Shown: positions 1-8,758, counted from the stretch's first letter. The stretch: 64,000 bases of DNA from a bacterium (GCA_965213625.1 CBDBZU010000004.1:1984001-2048000), one strand, 5' to 3'. Numbers and translations: made by a program. The notes: generated from the letters alone by a model not told the origin.

Positions 1-330
1 GCGCGCTTCGCCCGTGCGTGTGCGGCGCTGGATGCGAAGCTGGCCGGCGTCGATGCGGTGGACGCCAACCGCGCGCTTCTCGAAATGAGCCACGCGGTCA
101 ATCCCGTGCTCTACACCATGGCGGGGCCGTTCGACCACGATCCGGCGAGCGGCGCGTTCCGGATGCCCGGCCTGCAGTGCGTGAGTCATTACGCAGAACG
201 AGGTGCGCAGAGCGATGCGGGGCGCGTCATCTACACGCGGGTCCTGCGCGAGAAAAACCGGGTCGTCGCAGGCCTGGATGCCGCCAGCGCCATCGCGGAG
301 GGGTGTAGACCGGCGCAACGGGGTTGTTGA
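1..330 (+). CDS. C-terminal part of a probable M28-family peptidase (5'-truncated by the window)
   Basis: Frame 1 is open from base 1 to TGA at 328-330. ANRALLEMSHAVNPVLYTMAGPFDHDPA resembles C-terminal tails I recall from PA-domain M28 peptidases. Confidence 0.5.
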   Translation, partial: ARFARACAALDAKLAGVDAVDANRALLEMSHAVNPVLYTMAGPFDHDPASGAFRMPGLQCVSHYAERGAQSDAGRVIYTRVLREKNRVVAGLDAASAIAEGCRPAQRGC

Positions 331-365
331 AAAAGTTCTCGAAGCGGTGGTGGTGCGAAGGTATT

Positions 366-442
366 GTAGGGACAGGCCTCCGTGCCTGTCCTGACGAAGG
401 AGAACCACGGAGGCCTCGGACAGGCACGGAGGCCTGTCCCTA
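366..442. repeat. GTAG-type REP doublet (REPIN-like)
   Basis: GTAGGGACAGGCCTCCGTGCCTGTCC (366-391); bases 367-391 have a perfect 25-bp inverted copy at 418-442. Lies between convergent genes. Confidence 0.85.
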
Positions 443-473
443 TGGTTCCCCTCTTCGGTCGGGTATGACCCCC

Positions 474-1403
474 CTACCGCACCGTGAGGATAATCTTCCC
501 GCGCACGTGGCCGGCCTTGCTGATCTCCTGTGCCGCCGCGGCGTCTGCCAGCGGCATCTCCTTTATAGAAGGAGGACGCACCGCGCCCGATGCTGCGAGT
601 TCGACGATTCTCCCCAGATGCGCGCGGTCCCTTCGCACGTTCGGGCGGATGACGCGCACGTCCTCTCTCGGCGGCGTGAACCCGGGCGGCCCCGCCGCGA
701 TGTGCGCGAGCCGTCCGCCCGGCTTGAGGACGGCGAAGCTGCGCGCGTGCACCTCGCCGCCGATGGTGTCGAACACCACGTCACACGGCGGCGCGGCCTC
801 GGTGAAATCCTCTTGCCTGTAGTCGATGGCGTGGTGCGCGCCCAGCTCCTTCACGTATTCGTGGTTTGCCGCGCTCGCCGTCGTGTAAACGGTCGCGTCG
901 ATGTGTCTCGCGTATTGCACCGCGAATCCGCCCACGCCGCCTGCGCCCGCGTGGATCAGGATGGTCTCGCCGGCTCGCAGCTTCGCCTCATCCTCCAGGG
1001 CTCTTAAGGTCGTGAGGCCCGTCATGGCGAGCGCCGAGGCTTCAGCGTGCGAGAGGAAGTCCGGCTTCGGGGCCGCGAGCGCTGCGGGTATGGCGATTGC
1101 CTCCGCGTAGCCGCCCTCGCAGCCTTGCTCGTTGACCGCGAACACGGGGTCGCCGGGCCGGAAATCGGTTACGCCTGCTCCCGTCTCGCGGACGACGCCC
1201 GAGAAATCCCGTCCCAGGATGTGCGGGAACCGCGCCTTCACGTCCCCTTTTCGCAGTCCCTCGCGCACCTTCCAGTCCGCGGGGTTCAGGCTCACCGCGT
1301 GGATATCGACAACGATTTCCCCCGGCGCAGCCTTTGGATCGCGGGTATCCGCGTATTCGAGCACTTCCGGGCCACCATAGCCGCGCATCAGTATGGCTTT
1401 CAC
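474..1403 (-). CDS. NADP-dependent oxidoreductase, MDR/quinone oxidoreductase family
   Basis: SLNPADWK, GRDFSGVV, IHAGAGGVG and GHVRGKIIL motifs. Likely GTG start at 1403 after AGGAG. Confidence 0.9.
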   Translation of the reverse strand: MKAILMRGYGGPEVLEYADTRDPKAAPGEIVVDIHAVSLNPADWKVREGLRKGDVKARFPHILGRDFSGVVRETGAGVTDFRPGDPVFAVNEQGCEGGYAEAIAIPAALAAPKPDFLSHAEASALAMTGLTTLRALEDEAKLRAGETILIHAGAGGVGGFAVQYARHIDATVYTTASAANHEYVKELGAHHAIDYRQEDFTEAAPPCDVVFDTIGGEVHARSFAVLKPGGRLAHIAAGPPGFTPPREDVRVIRPNVRRDRAHLGRIVELAASGAVRPPSIKEMPLADAAAAQEISKAGHVRGKIILTVR

Positions 1404-1438
1404 CGCGTTCTCCTGCCTTTCTGTAGTGATGTTTCCGC

Positions 1439-2014
1439 TCACACGAGGTCTTCAAACGGCCCCGGGTCCGCCTCCAGCCCGAGGTAGTTCGTCCGTATGT
1501 GGTTCCACAGGGCGAGCTTTCCCCAGTCGGCGGTTTCGAGGACGCGGTAGTGCGCGTCGAAAAACGGATTGGGGAGATAGAAGGTCACCATCTGCTCGTC
1601 GCGCCCGTTCAGCAGCGCCAGCGAATAGCTCACCGGCGCATGGCCCGCGACGGGGGGATTCTGATAAATCCGCAGGAGCATCGCTCGCGCGCACCTGCGC
1701 CACTGCGCCAGCTCGGGCGGGCAAGGGTGCTGCGCGTCGCCCAGGTGTTCACCGATGCACAGGTGAAAGTGCCAGTCGCCGAGGTCGACGGTCAGGTAGC
1801 CGTCGAGATAACTGATCCGGCGGGGCGGGGATTTCACCCGGCACTCGAACACGGCTCCCTGGATGCAGGGCCCGAAGGAGAGCGACTCGTAATGGTTTTC
1901 GAACAGGTCGCGCATCAGGGCTTCGAGAAACTCACGCTCCGGGTGGAATTCCCAGACGCACTGCCGACTGCCGTCGGCACCGATTTCCTGTCGATGCAGA
2001 ACATCCACTTTCAT
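1439..2014 (-). CDS. Uncharacterised protein, probable HutX/ChuX/HemS-like fold
   Basis: Motif order GAVFE..GYLTV..HFHL..C.RAMLLR..YSLALLNGRDEQMVTFYL parallels HutX/ChuX (IFE..GYFNL..GHI..C..IAL..ASILFFN..G..MLKIFL). Co-directional with the btu-like operon. Confidence 0.55.
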   Translation of the reverse strand: MKVDVLHRQEIGADGSRQCVWEFHPEREFLEALMRDLFENHYESLSFGPCIQGAVFECRVKSPPRRISYLDGYLTVDLGDWHFHLCIGEHLGDAQHPCPPELAQWRRCARAMLLRIYQNPPVAGHAPVSYSLALLNGRDEQMVTFYLPNPFFDAHYRVLETADWGKLALWNHIRTNYLGLEADPGPFEDLV

Positions 2015-2072
2015 GCCGCTACCCCGTTTATGAATCACGCCGCCCGCCTTGGAGGAACCCGAGCCATTTGGT

Positions 2073-2501
2073 TCAGGGCGAATCGGTCGTATGCAGCAGA
2101 GTATAGCGTATAGTCAGCACGAGTGTCTTACCGAGATGGGGCAGGGGCGCCGCTTTTTGCACCGCCTCCAGTGAGGCGTTATCCAGAAGGGCATTGCCCG
2201 ACGTCTTCTTGATTCTCAATCCCTCGAGCCGCCCGTCCGGCAGGACGCGAAAGCTTACGGTGGCAGCACCCTCGGCACCCGAATCGCGCGCCACTCCCGG
2301 GTAGTGCTGGTGGCGCCTGATGCGGTCGAGTATGGCCTGAAGGCGCGCGTCCGCATCCATCCGCACGCGGCGTTTCCGGAAAGTGAAAGAGGGCGTCTCG
2401 GACGGCGCGGTAACGGACGTCTTTATCTCCTGCGCGAGAAGCGGCGCAGGCGTAGAGAGAATGAAGAGCGCGAGCGCGATGCGGGCGATGGCTGTTCTCA
2501 T
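2073..2501 (-). CDS. Short TonB C-terminal domain protein
   Basis: YPGVARDSGAEGAATVSFRV..DG..IKKTSGNALLDNASLEAVQKAAPLP matches TonB_C; hydrophobic N-terminus. Confidence 0.85.
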   Translation of the reverse strand: MRTAIARIALALFILSTPAPLLAQEIKTSVTAPSETPSFTFRKRRVRMDADARLQAILDRIRRHQHYPGVARDSGAEGAATVSFRVLPDGRLEGLRIKKTSGNALLDNASLEAVQKAAPLPHLGKTLVLTIRYTLLHTTDSP

Positions 2502-3283
2502 TCGTTCTCCTCCGGCGCGCGCATGATGAAATACCGCTCATCATCGCCGCCTATCGTATGAATCTCGGCATTCACCTGAAACGCCTTTTCGATGAGTCCG
2601 GGCGTCAGGACGCCGCTTGCGTCTCCCTGGGCCAGTATTTCTCCCTCATACAGCAGGATCAGATGGTCGCAATAGTGGTGCGCGAGGTTGAGATCATGCG
2701 CGGAGACGACCACGGTCCGGCCCTCTGAAGCCTGCGCCCGCAGGATCGCCAGGATGTCGAGGCAGTGTCTGACGTCCAGGTTCGCAACAGGCTCATCGAG
2801 CAGCAGGACGGGCGTTTGCGCGGCGAGGGTTCGCGCTATCAGCACGCGCTGCAGTTCCCCGCCCGAGAGTTCGTTGATCGCGCGGTCCGCGAGGCCGGCG
2901 GCGTCCACGTCGCGAAGCGCAGTGGTTACCGCCGCGCGGTCCGCCCCGGTCTCGGGCGCGAGTCTGCCCTGGTGGGGGTATCTCCCCATCATCACCGTCT
3001 CATCCACCCGGAAGGGGAACGCCGGCTCCTGTTTCTGGGCGAGATAGCCGACGCGGCGGGCGGTTTCTTTCCGCTCGAACGAATCGATGGGTTCGCCGTC
3101 CAGCGAAATGCGCCCGCTCTTGATGGGCACGAGACCCGCGAGCGCCCGCAGGAGCGTCGTCTTGCCCGCTCCGTTCGGGCCGATGACGCCCGTGAGCGCG
3201 CCCGGCTGAAAGGAAGCCGACACGCCCTTGAGGGCGTCCCGCTCGCCGAGTTCGACGTTTGCGTTCTCCGCTTTTAGCAGCAT
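2498..3283 (-). CDS. Cobalamin/heme-type ABC transporter ATP-binding protein (BtuD/HmuV-like)
   Basis: Walker A GPNGAGKT, LSGGELQR, LLLDEP, HDLNLA. ATG at 3283 overlaps the permease stop; the ORF track over-extends the start. Confidence 0.92.
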   Translation of the reverse strand: MLLKAENANVELGERDALKGVSASFQPGALTGVIGPNGAGKTTLLRALAGLVPIKSGRISLDGEPIDSFERKETARRVGYLAQKQEPAFPFRVDETVMMGRYPHQGRLAPETGADRAAVTTALRDVDAAGLADRAINELSGGELQRVLIARTLAAQTPVLLLDEPVANLDVRHCLDILAILRAQASEGRTVVVSAHDLNLAHHYCDHLILLYEGEILAQGDASGVLTPGLIEKAFQVNAEIHTIGGDDERYFIMRAPEENE

Positions 3284-4317
3284 CAGAAGGTCTCCGCGCG
3301 CGCGCGATTCTTGACGATGAGATACAGGAAAAACGGCCCGCCGATGCTCGCGGACAGTATTCCCAGGCGTATCTCGCCGGCGGGGGAGAGCGTTCGCGCG
3401 AGCAAATCCATCCCCATCACGAAGACGGCGCCCGCCATCATGCTCAAGGGCAGCAGCCTGCGGTGGTCCGGCCCGGTCAGCATCCGCACGATGTGGGGGA
3501 CGAGCAGGCCCACGAAGCCGATAACGCCCGATACGGCGACAGACGCTCCCGCCGCCGCCGCGGCGATGACGAGAATCCACGCCTTCGTCCGCGCCGTGTT
3601 CACGCCGAGCGCCATGGCGGATTCCTCCCCGGACATCATGAGGTTCAGTTCGCGCCCGAAAAAGGCGGCGGCTATACCTGAGGCGGCGAAGAAGGGCGCG
3701 ATGAGGATCACGTGCTCCCAGGTGCGGTTCGTGAGGCTCCCCATGAGCCAGAAGAGAATCTGGCGCGCGATCTCGAAATCGCTCACGCTATAGCTGAGCA
3801 CGAGCGTCGTCATAGCGCCCGCAATGGAGTTCATCGCCATGCCGCAGAGGATGAGCGCGCCCAGCGGCGTGTGTCCCTTGTGCGACGCCACGAGTGAGAC
3901 GAGCAGCACCGTCAGCAGCGCGCCGGCGAACGCGAATGCGGGAACGGCCCAGATCGAGGCGGCCCCTAATCCTAAGGCGATGGCGCTCGTCGCGCCCAGC
4001 GCGCCCCCCGTGCTGACCCCGACGACGACGGGGCTCGCCATCGGGTTCCTGAACAGGCCCTGGAGCATCACGCCCGAGAGTGCGAGCGAGGCGCCGACGA
4101 AAGCGCCCGTGAGCGTGCGGGGAAGCCGGATGTGCCAGACGATGGCGCGCTCATGCTGAGAGACGCCCATCCCCTCGGTAGAGATGAGGCCCAGTTCGCT
4201 CATAATGACCTTGAGAATTTTCCCGGAATCGACCTCCGCCACGCCCAGGCGGACGCTGAGTGCGGCGAGGAGCAGGGCGGCGGCGAAAAGCCCCGCCGTG
4301 AGGGCGTATTTCCTCAC
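3283..4317 (-). CDS. FecCD/BtuC-family ABC permease
   Basis: IRLPR, QGLFRNPMASP, GEESAMALGV and GVIGFVGLLVPH motifs; multiple TM segments. Confidence 0.93.
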   Translation of the reverse strand: MRKYALTAGLFAAALLLAALSVRLGVAEVDSGKILKVIMSELGLISTEGMGVSQHERAIVWHIRLPRTLTGAFVGASLALSGVMLQGLFRNPMASPVVVGVSTGGALGATSAIALGLGAASIWAVPAFAFAGALLTVLLVSLVASHKGHTPLGALILCGMAMNSIAGAMTTLVLSYSVSDFEIARQILFWLMGSLTNRTWEHVILIAPFFAASGIAAAFFGRELNLMMSGEESAMALGVNTARTKAWILVIAAAAAGASVAVSGVIGFVGLLVPHIVRMLTGPDHRRLLPLSMMAGAVFVMGMDLLARTLSPAGEIRLGILSASIGGPFFLYLIVKNRARAETF

Positions 4318-5174
4318 CGGTAGAGCCCTCGCACCAGATCATCGAGTCCATCGACGATGAATTGGGATACGCTCGAAAAACGCGGGTAGGGGATCTCTAA
4401 AATCTTCTTGGTCCGCAGGGGGGCGTAGACCCCGTTCGCGCGGATGACGTCCTTCATGCTCGCGCCCGATTCTGGGTGCATTCCCACCATGATGACGTCG
4501 GGGTTCCAGGCGATGATCCGCTCCGCCGACACCCTCTGTGCGCCCCGAATTCCCTTTTCAGCGGCCACGTTCTCCCCGCCCGCGAGGCGGATGAGCGCAT
4601 CGTGCGAGGTGCCTCCGCCCGTCACCCAGCCGCCCCGCACCAGCGTGAGAATACGCGGAGGCTTGGCGGTTTTCGGGATGCGCGCGCGTATGGCGCGGAT
4701 TCTCTCTCTCGCGTCTTCGATGAGTTGCTGCGCCTTGTCTTCTTCCCCGATCAGGCGGCCCATCTGCTCGATGCTCGTGAAAACGTCCGCAACGCCGCTG
4801 AAGGCGGAGAATTTGGAGACGGGGACTTTGGCGGCGCGCAGGTGGTTCAGGAACGCGGCGCTCGAATAGGAAGCCACGAACACCATGTCCGGCCTTAAGC
4901 TGATGATGCGCTCGGGCGTGCTGTCGATGAGCGGGATGCCCCGCGCTTGCACGGCGACGTTGGAATAGCCCGGATGTCCGGCCAGCTTGTGCAGGCCGAC
5001 GATTCTTTCCCTTGGCGCGAGTGCGAGGAGCATCTCCGCGGTGGCGAGCGTCATGGCGATCAGGCGCTCGGGCTTCCTGGCGGCGCGGGCGGGTGCGGGC
5101 CCCTCCGGAACCGGGGAGACCGCAGCCCATAATAGAGCCGCCGCCAGGAAGCAGGTTTTGAGCCTTCCGCGCAT
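4314..5174 (-). CDS. Periplasmic binding protein, BtuF/helical-backbone family
   Basis: Signal peptide; ERIISLRPDMV and ERIIAWNPDVI motifs; operon context. Confidence 0.88.
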   Translation of the reverse strand: MRGRLKTCFLAAALLWAAVSPVPEGPAPARAARKPERLIAMTLATAEMLLALAPRERIVGLHKLAGHPGYSNVAVQARGIPLIDSTPERIISLRPDMVFVASYSSAAFLNHLRAAKVPVSKFSAFSGVADVFTSIEQMGRLIGEEDKAQQLIEDARERIRAIRARIPKTAKPPRILTLVRGGWVTGGGTSHDALIRLAGGENVAAEKGIRGAQRVSAERIIAWNPDVIMVGMHPESGASMKDVIRANGVYAPLRTKKILEIPYPRFSSVSQFIVDGLDDLVRGLYR

Positions 5175-5216
5175 CGTGTGTCCTTAACGCAAGCCCCTAC
5201 GCTGCGAGGGGTCTCG

Positions 5217-7268
5217 CTAGAAGATAGCCCTTACGCCCGCGAACCACTGGATGCCGGGCGCGCTGAAGCCGTATATGGCGTCGTATTCCTCATCGAGCGC
5301 GTTGTTCACCTTGAGCTCAACCGCGAGTTCCTGAAACGCCGATTTCCTCGTCTTGTCGAATATCGAAATACGGCCCTTTACGACGTCCAGGGAGAACGCC
5401 AGGTCCACCCGCGTGAAGCCTGTGTTCACCACCCTCGGGTAGGGCCAGGGCTGAGAGTCGTCGATGTCCCACCTGTCGCTCACCGTATTCACCCGCAGAC
5501 TCGCCCGCAGGCGATCCGGGTGGTAGCTGATCGAAGCGCTCCACCACCAGTCCGGGCGCCTTAAGAGTTCTTCTCCCTCCACATAGTTCGGCGCGCCGAG
5601 TCCTTCGGTTTCGAGCGCGACCGTATCCATGGTGTTGAAGCTCGCGTGGGCTGTGAAATCGTGGAAATCAAGCAGCGAGAAGGTGAGTTCCGCGCCCTTG
5701 ACCCGCGCCTTCTGGATGTTCTCGTAGTTCGTGCCGTTCTCGAATGGTGAGAACGAATAGGCGATCAGGTCGTCGATCTCGTTGACGTAATAGGTGGCGC
5801 TGAACTTGAGCTTTTTTCCGGCGAAAAACTGATCGAAGCCCGCCTCCCAGCTGTGTTGCCTTTCGCTCTTCAGGTTCGGGTTGCCGGGACCGTAAACGTC
5901 GAGCAGCTCGGCGAAGGAGGGCCGCTTGATTCCCTCGCCCACGGCGCCTCGAATCCGCGCGCCAGTTCCGGGGATTTTATAGGAAGCGGAGAACTTGCCG
6001 GTCGTCTCGTCCTCTCCGACGTCGAAATCATCGGTCCGCACCCCGCCCGCGAGGGTGAGGCCTCCTAGTAACTGGAACTGTTGCTGCGCGTAAAAAGAAG
6101 TCGCACGCCTGTCGCTGTCGTACTTGTTTTCGCCGGAGCCGAAGTCGTTCTCATAGGCGCTCTCGATCGAGATGTCCTCCGTCTCCCATTCGACGCCGAG
6201 CGTGGAGATGGAGCGGCGAAGCGCGCTCAAGCCCAGTTGCTTCCCTGAGAACCTCACGTTGATCTGGTTGTCGAAATGGAGCCTCGTCCCGCTCGTATCC
6301 GTTTTGTCGGAGCCGGGGTTGATCGCGTCCGGCTTGTTCTCGAATAGCGTGTCGCGTAGGTACAAGGAGACGCGCGGGACGTATTCGAGCCACGCGAAGG
6401 GTTTGAGATGCGCGCGCGCGCCGATGAGTTGTTCGGTGTTACGCCCGTATTTGTTGGGTTCGGTGTGGCCTGCATGGTCCGGCCCGGGTATATCGTAGCG
6501 GTTCTGGTTGGCGTGGTAGAGAAAGCGTACCTTCGAGTTGTCTGAGAAGAAATGATCCAGCGCCACCGTCCCCACGGTACGTTGATAGCCGTCGTTCGGC
6601 AGATGCCCCTCCGTATCGAGACGGCTCAGGCTGGCGGCGTATCCGCTCTTGGCCGTTCCACCCTTGAACTTGAACGCCTCCTCGAACGTCTCGTGGCTGC
6701 CGCCCCTGGCGCGCACGGTGAAGATGGGTGTTTCACCCGGTTTGCCGACCTCGGGCAGAAAGTTCATGACACCGGACGCCGCGTCCGATCCGTATAGCGG
6801 GCTTTGCGGACCCTTGAGAATTTCGGCTGCGCCTACCCATTCCGGTGATAAGTGCCCGAAGTCATACGCGCTCCCGTCCGGGAAGGTGAGCTTGAAGCCG
6901 TCGATCATCACGCTGGTGAAGTTGCTCTCGCTCCCCCTCAGGAAAAGGCTCGCCTGCCCGCCCCTGCCACTCGTCTGCGGGAGGATGACGCCCGCCCCCT
7001 CGCTCAGGAAAACGAGCGCGTCGCCGGGCAGAAGGCTCTCGATCCGCTCCGGGCCGAACACTTCCACAGAATCGGCCACGTCGCTCAGACGCTCCGGCGT
7101 TCGTGTGGCCGTAACGGTGATGGGGTCGAGGTAGAGTTCCTCCTCGGCGCTTTGCGCGTGGACAAGCCCCGCCCCGCCCAACAGGATGAGTGCGGCGAGC
7201 CACGCAGCGAACAGGCCCCCTTTGAAGCGGATGGATGATCGGGTGGGTTTTCCTGAAATGCCTTGCAT
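5217..7268 (-). CDS. btuB: TonB-dependent receptor, probable corrinoid transporter (BtuB-like)
   Basis: TonB box DPITVTATR, plug motifs LRGSESNFT and EILKGPQSPLYGSDA, GNPNLKSE, terminal Phe. Lies downstream of cobalamin riboswitches. ATG at 7268 follows AAGGAGG. Confidence 0.85.
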   Translation of the reverse strand: MQGISGKPTRSSIRFKGGLFAAWLAALILLGGAGLVHAQSAEEELYLDPITVTATRTPERLSDVADSVEVFGPERIESLLPGDALVFLSEGAGVILPQTSGRGGQASLFLRGSESNFTSVMIDGFKLTFPDGSAYDFGHLSPEWVGAAEILKGPQSPLYGSDAASGVMNFLPEVGKPGETPIFTVRARGGSHETFEEAFKFKGGTAKSGYAASLSRLDTEGHLPNDGYQRTVGTVALDHFFSDNSKVRFLYHANQNRYDIPGPDHAGHTEPNKYGRNTEQLIGARAHLKPFAWLEYVPRVSLYLRDTLFENKPDAINPGSDKTDTSGTRLHFDNQINVRFSGKQLGLSALRRSISTLGVEWETEDISIESAYENDFGSGENKYDSDRRATSFYAQQQFQLLGGLTLAGGVRTDDFDVGEDETTGKFSASYKIPGTGARIRGAVGEGIKRPSFAELLDVYGPGNPNLKSERQHSWEAGFDQFFAGKKLKFSATYYVNEIDDLIAYSFSPFENGTNYENIQKARVKGAELTFSLLDFHDFTAHASFNTMDTVALETEGLGAPNYVEGEELLRRPDWWWSASISYHPDRLRASLRVNTVSDRWDIDDSQPWPYPRVVNTGFTRVDLAFSLDVVKGRISIFDKTRKSAFQELAVELKVNNALDEEYDAIYGFSAPGIQWFAGVRAIF

Positions 7269-7333
7269 GATTTGACGCCTCCTTGAGCGGCCCAAGCGCT
7301 CGAAACGGACCCCTCGTGGGGTCGCAGGGAGAT

Positions 7334-7477
7334 GCCGGCAGGCCGGTCTTCTGGCTCGCGCCGATGGCCGCCTTTCATTCCTTCCCGGGAAAATCCCAGT
7401 GGTTGCATGAAAGGCGCGTCGCTCACAGCTGCTGGGCAGCTCCGGTCTTACACCGGATTCCCGAACACCTGACGGCA
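7334..7477 (-). ncRNA. Cobalamin riboswitch (proximal)
   Basis: Minus strand reads AGGT..GGGAATCCGGTG.AA.ACCGG..CTG.CC.GCA.CTGTGA..CCACTGGG..CCCGGGAAGG..GAGCCAGAAGACCGGCC (B12 box). P1 pairing GCCGTCAGG/CCTGCCGGC. Confidence 0.9.
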
Positions 7478-7509
7478 GTTTCAGCGGCGGTTTGCTCCGC
7501 CGCTCCTAT

Positions 7510-7725
7510 GGCTGTTGAAAAAGCCTTTGGCAAGGGAGGAACCCCCCAACCCCCCTTGTCAGGGGGGCTTTTTTTCTTGCCCCCCTTGCCGGAAGGCATC
7601 GCTTTTTACCCCCCTGCCAAGGGAGGCTTTTTTTCTTACCCCCCTGCCAAGGGGGGTAGGGGGGGTTGTTTTTCCAGTTGCGAGGGGCGTCCCCTCTACC
7701 CCCAAAAAAGGGGACTTTTCAACAC
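7510..7725. mobile_element. MITE-like palindromic repeat element
   Basis: Terminal inverted TGTTGAAAA (7513-7521) and TTTTCAACA (7716-7724) enclose about four CCCCC(T)TG.CA(A)GGGGGG-type hairpin units separated by T-runs. Confidence 0.6.
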
Positions 7726-7863
7726 AATCCCCGCTTATGGCGAAACTTTATCGCTGCGCGTGCGCAATGCCCGCGTGTGCGATGATTCTCTCGTCTTGGG
7801 GTGTGATGATGCGCAAGATACCACCCACCTCCTGCTCCGCGAGGACGTGACGGGTCATAAGGT

Positions 7864-8027
7864 TGCCGCGGGTCGGTCTCCTGGCTCCCGGATCTCCCTA
7901 CTCACGGCCCCTTCCCGGCGGCATCCGCCAGTGGTTTCGGCCGCTTTCGTCCCCGGTCACAGTGGCGGGTCCGCGCCGGATTCTCACCGGCTTCCCGGGC
8001 TTTCACTCAGAAAGCCCACCTGCGACA
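7864..8027 (-). ncRNA. Cobalamin riboswitch (distal)
   Basis: Minus strand reads AGGTG..GGGAAGCCGGTGAGAATCCGGCGCGGACCCGCCACTGTGA..CCACTGG..CCGGGAAGG..GAGCCAGGAGACCGACC, a canonical AdoCbl riboswitch. Confidence 0.93.
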
Positions 8028-8085
8028 GGTCGGAAAAACGATGCTGCTCGAACAATCAGCGTGCTACATACGAATCGGGGCGGTA

Positions 8086-8589
8086 TTACACCGCCTCGTA
8101 CTTGTCGCGCGTGATGGTGTCCAGATCGATGCCTTCGATGCGCACGAGGCGCGTCTCTCCCTCGCGCTTGGGCGAGTGGAATTCGCCTACGTCGTAGGCC
8201 TTGGACAAGCCCGGCGTGAGGTCGTAGCTGCGCACGGCGCGCACCTTGCCCGGCGCTGCGCCGTTGGGCCGTTCGACGAGATCATAGTCCGTCATCGTGG
8301 TGGTGCCCACCGCCTGGCCGTAGATGGCCCACGACTGGCCGTGGTCGTGCGGGGAGCTTCCGGTCACGCCCTTGTGTACATGTGCGAAGATGCAAAAGCC
8401 GAGCTCGGGGTCCTTGTAAAGGATCTTGCGGGGGGAGTCGTTGTCCGGCCCCAGGTGTTCCTGCACGAACTCCTCTTGCACCAGGACTTTCTCCAGGGCG
8501 TCGCTCACCTTCTGGAGGCCCGCCTTGCTCGAATCGGCTTTCAGGATGTCGTGACATTCGGCTGCGAATTTATCGAGGATTTCACCCAT
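8086..8589 (-). CDS. Cupin / cysteine dioxygenase-like protein
   Basis: PHDHGQSWAIYGQ and distal FHS metal-binding motif; GGAG RBS. Confidence 0.75.
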   Translation of the reverse strand: MGEILDKFAAECHDILKADSSKAGLQKVSDALEKVLVQEEFVQEHLGPDNDSPRKILYKDPELGFCIFAHVHKGVTGSSPHDHGQSWAIYGQAVGTTTMTDYDLVERPNGAAPGKVRAVRSYDLTPGLSKAYDVGEFHSPKREGETRLVRIEGIDLDTITRDKYEAV

Positions 8590-8758
8590 TGTTCGCTCTC
8601 CTTGTTTTTGAGAGGTTGATTTTCACTCATTCTAACGGCAGCCCGCGTATTTTGTAAAACGATTGAGAGGAGAGCGTGTTTTTCCCGGTTTCGGTGTATG
8701 ATTCTCGGATACTTCATTTGATGCGCATGCACGGCGAACTCCCATAAGGGGGCTTTAG

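Noticed and set aside
5190-5212. Short hairpin with CCCCTAC between btuB and the SBP gene as a REP or terminator
   Set aside because: The stem is too short and imperfect and has no U-tract, so it cannot be supported.
7539-7670. Tandem ~30-nt repeats as a CRISPR array
   Set aside because: The units are degenerate and abut without unique spacers, and there are no cas genes. They fit a palindromic MITE interior.
7283-8197. 304-aa plus-strand ORF
   Set aside because: It is antisense to two riboswitches, runs through the repeat element, and has low-complexity translation.
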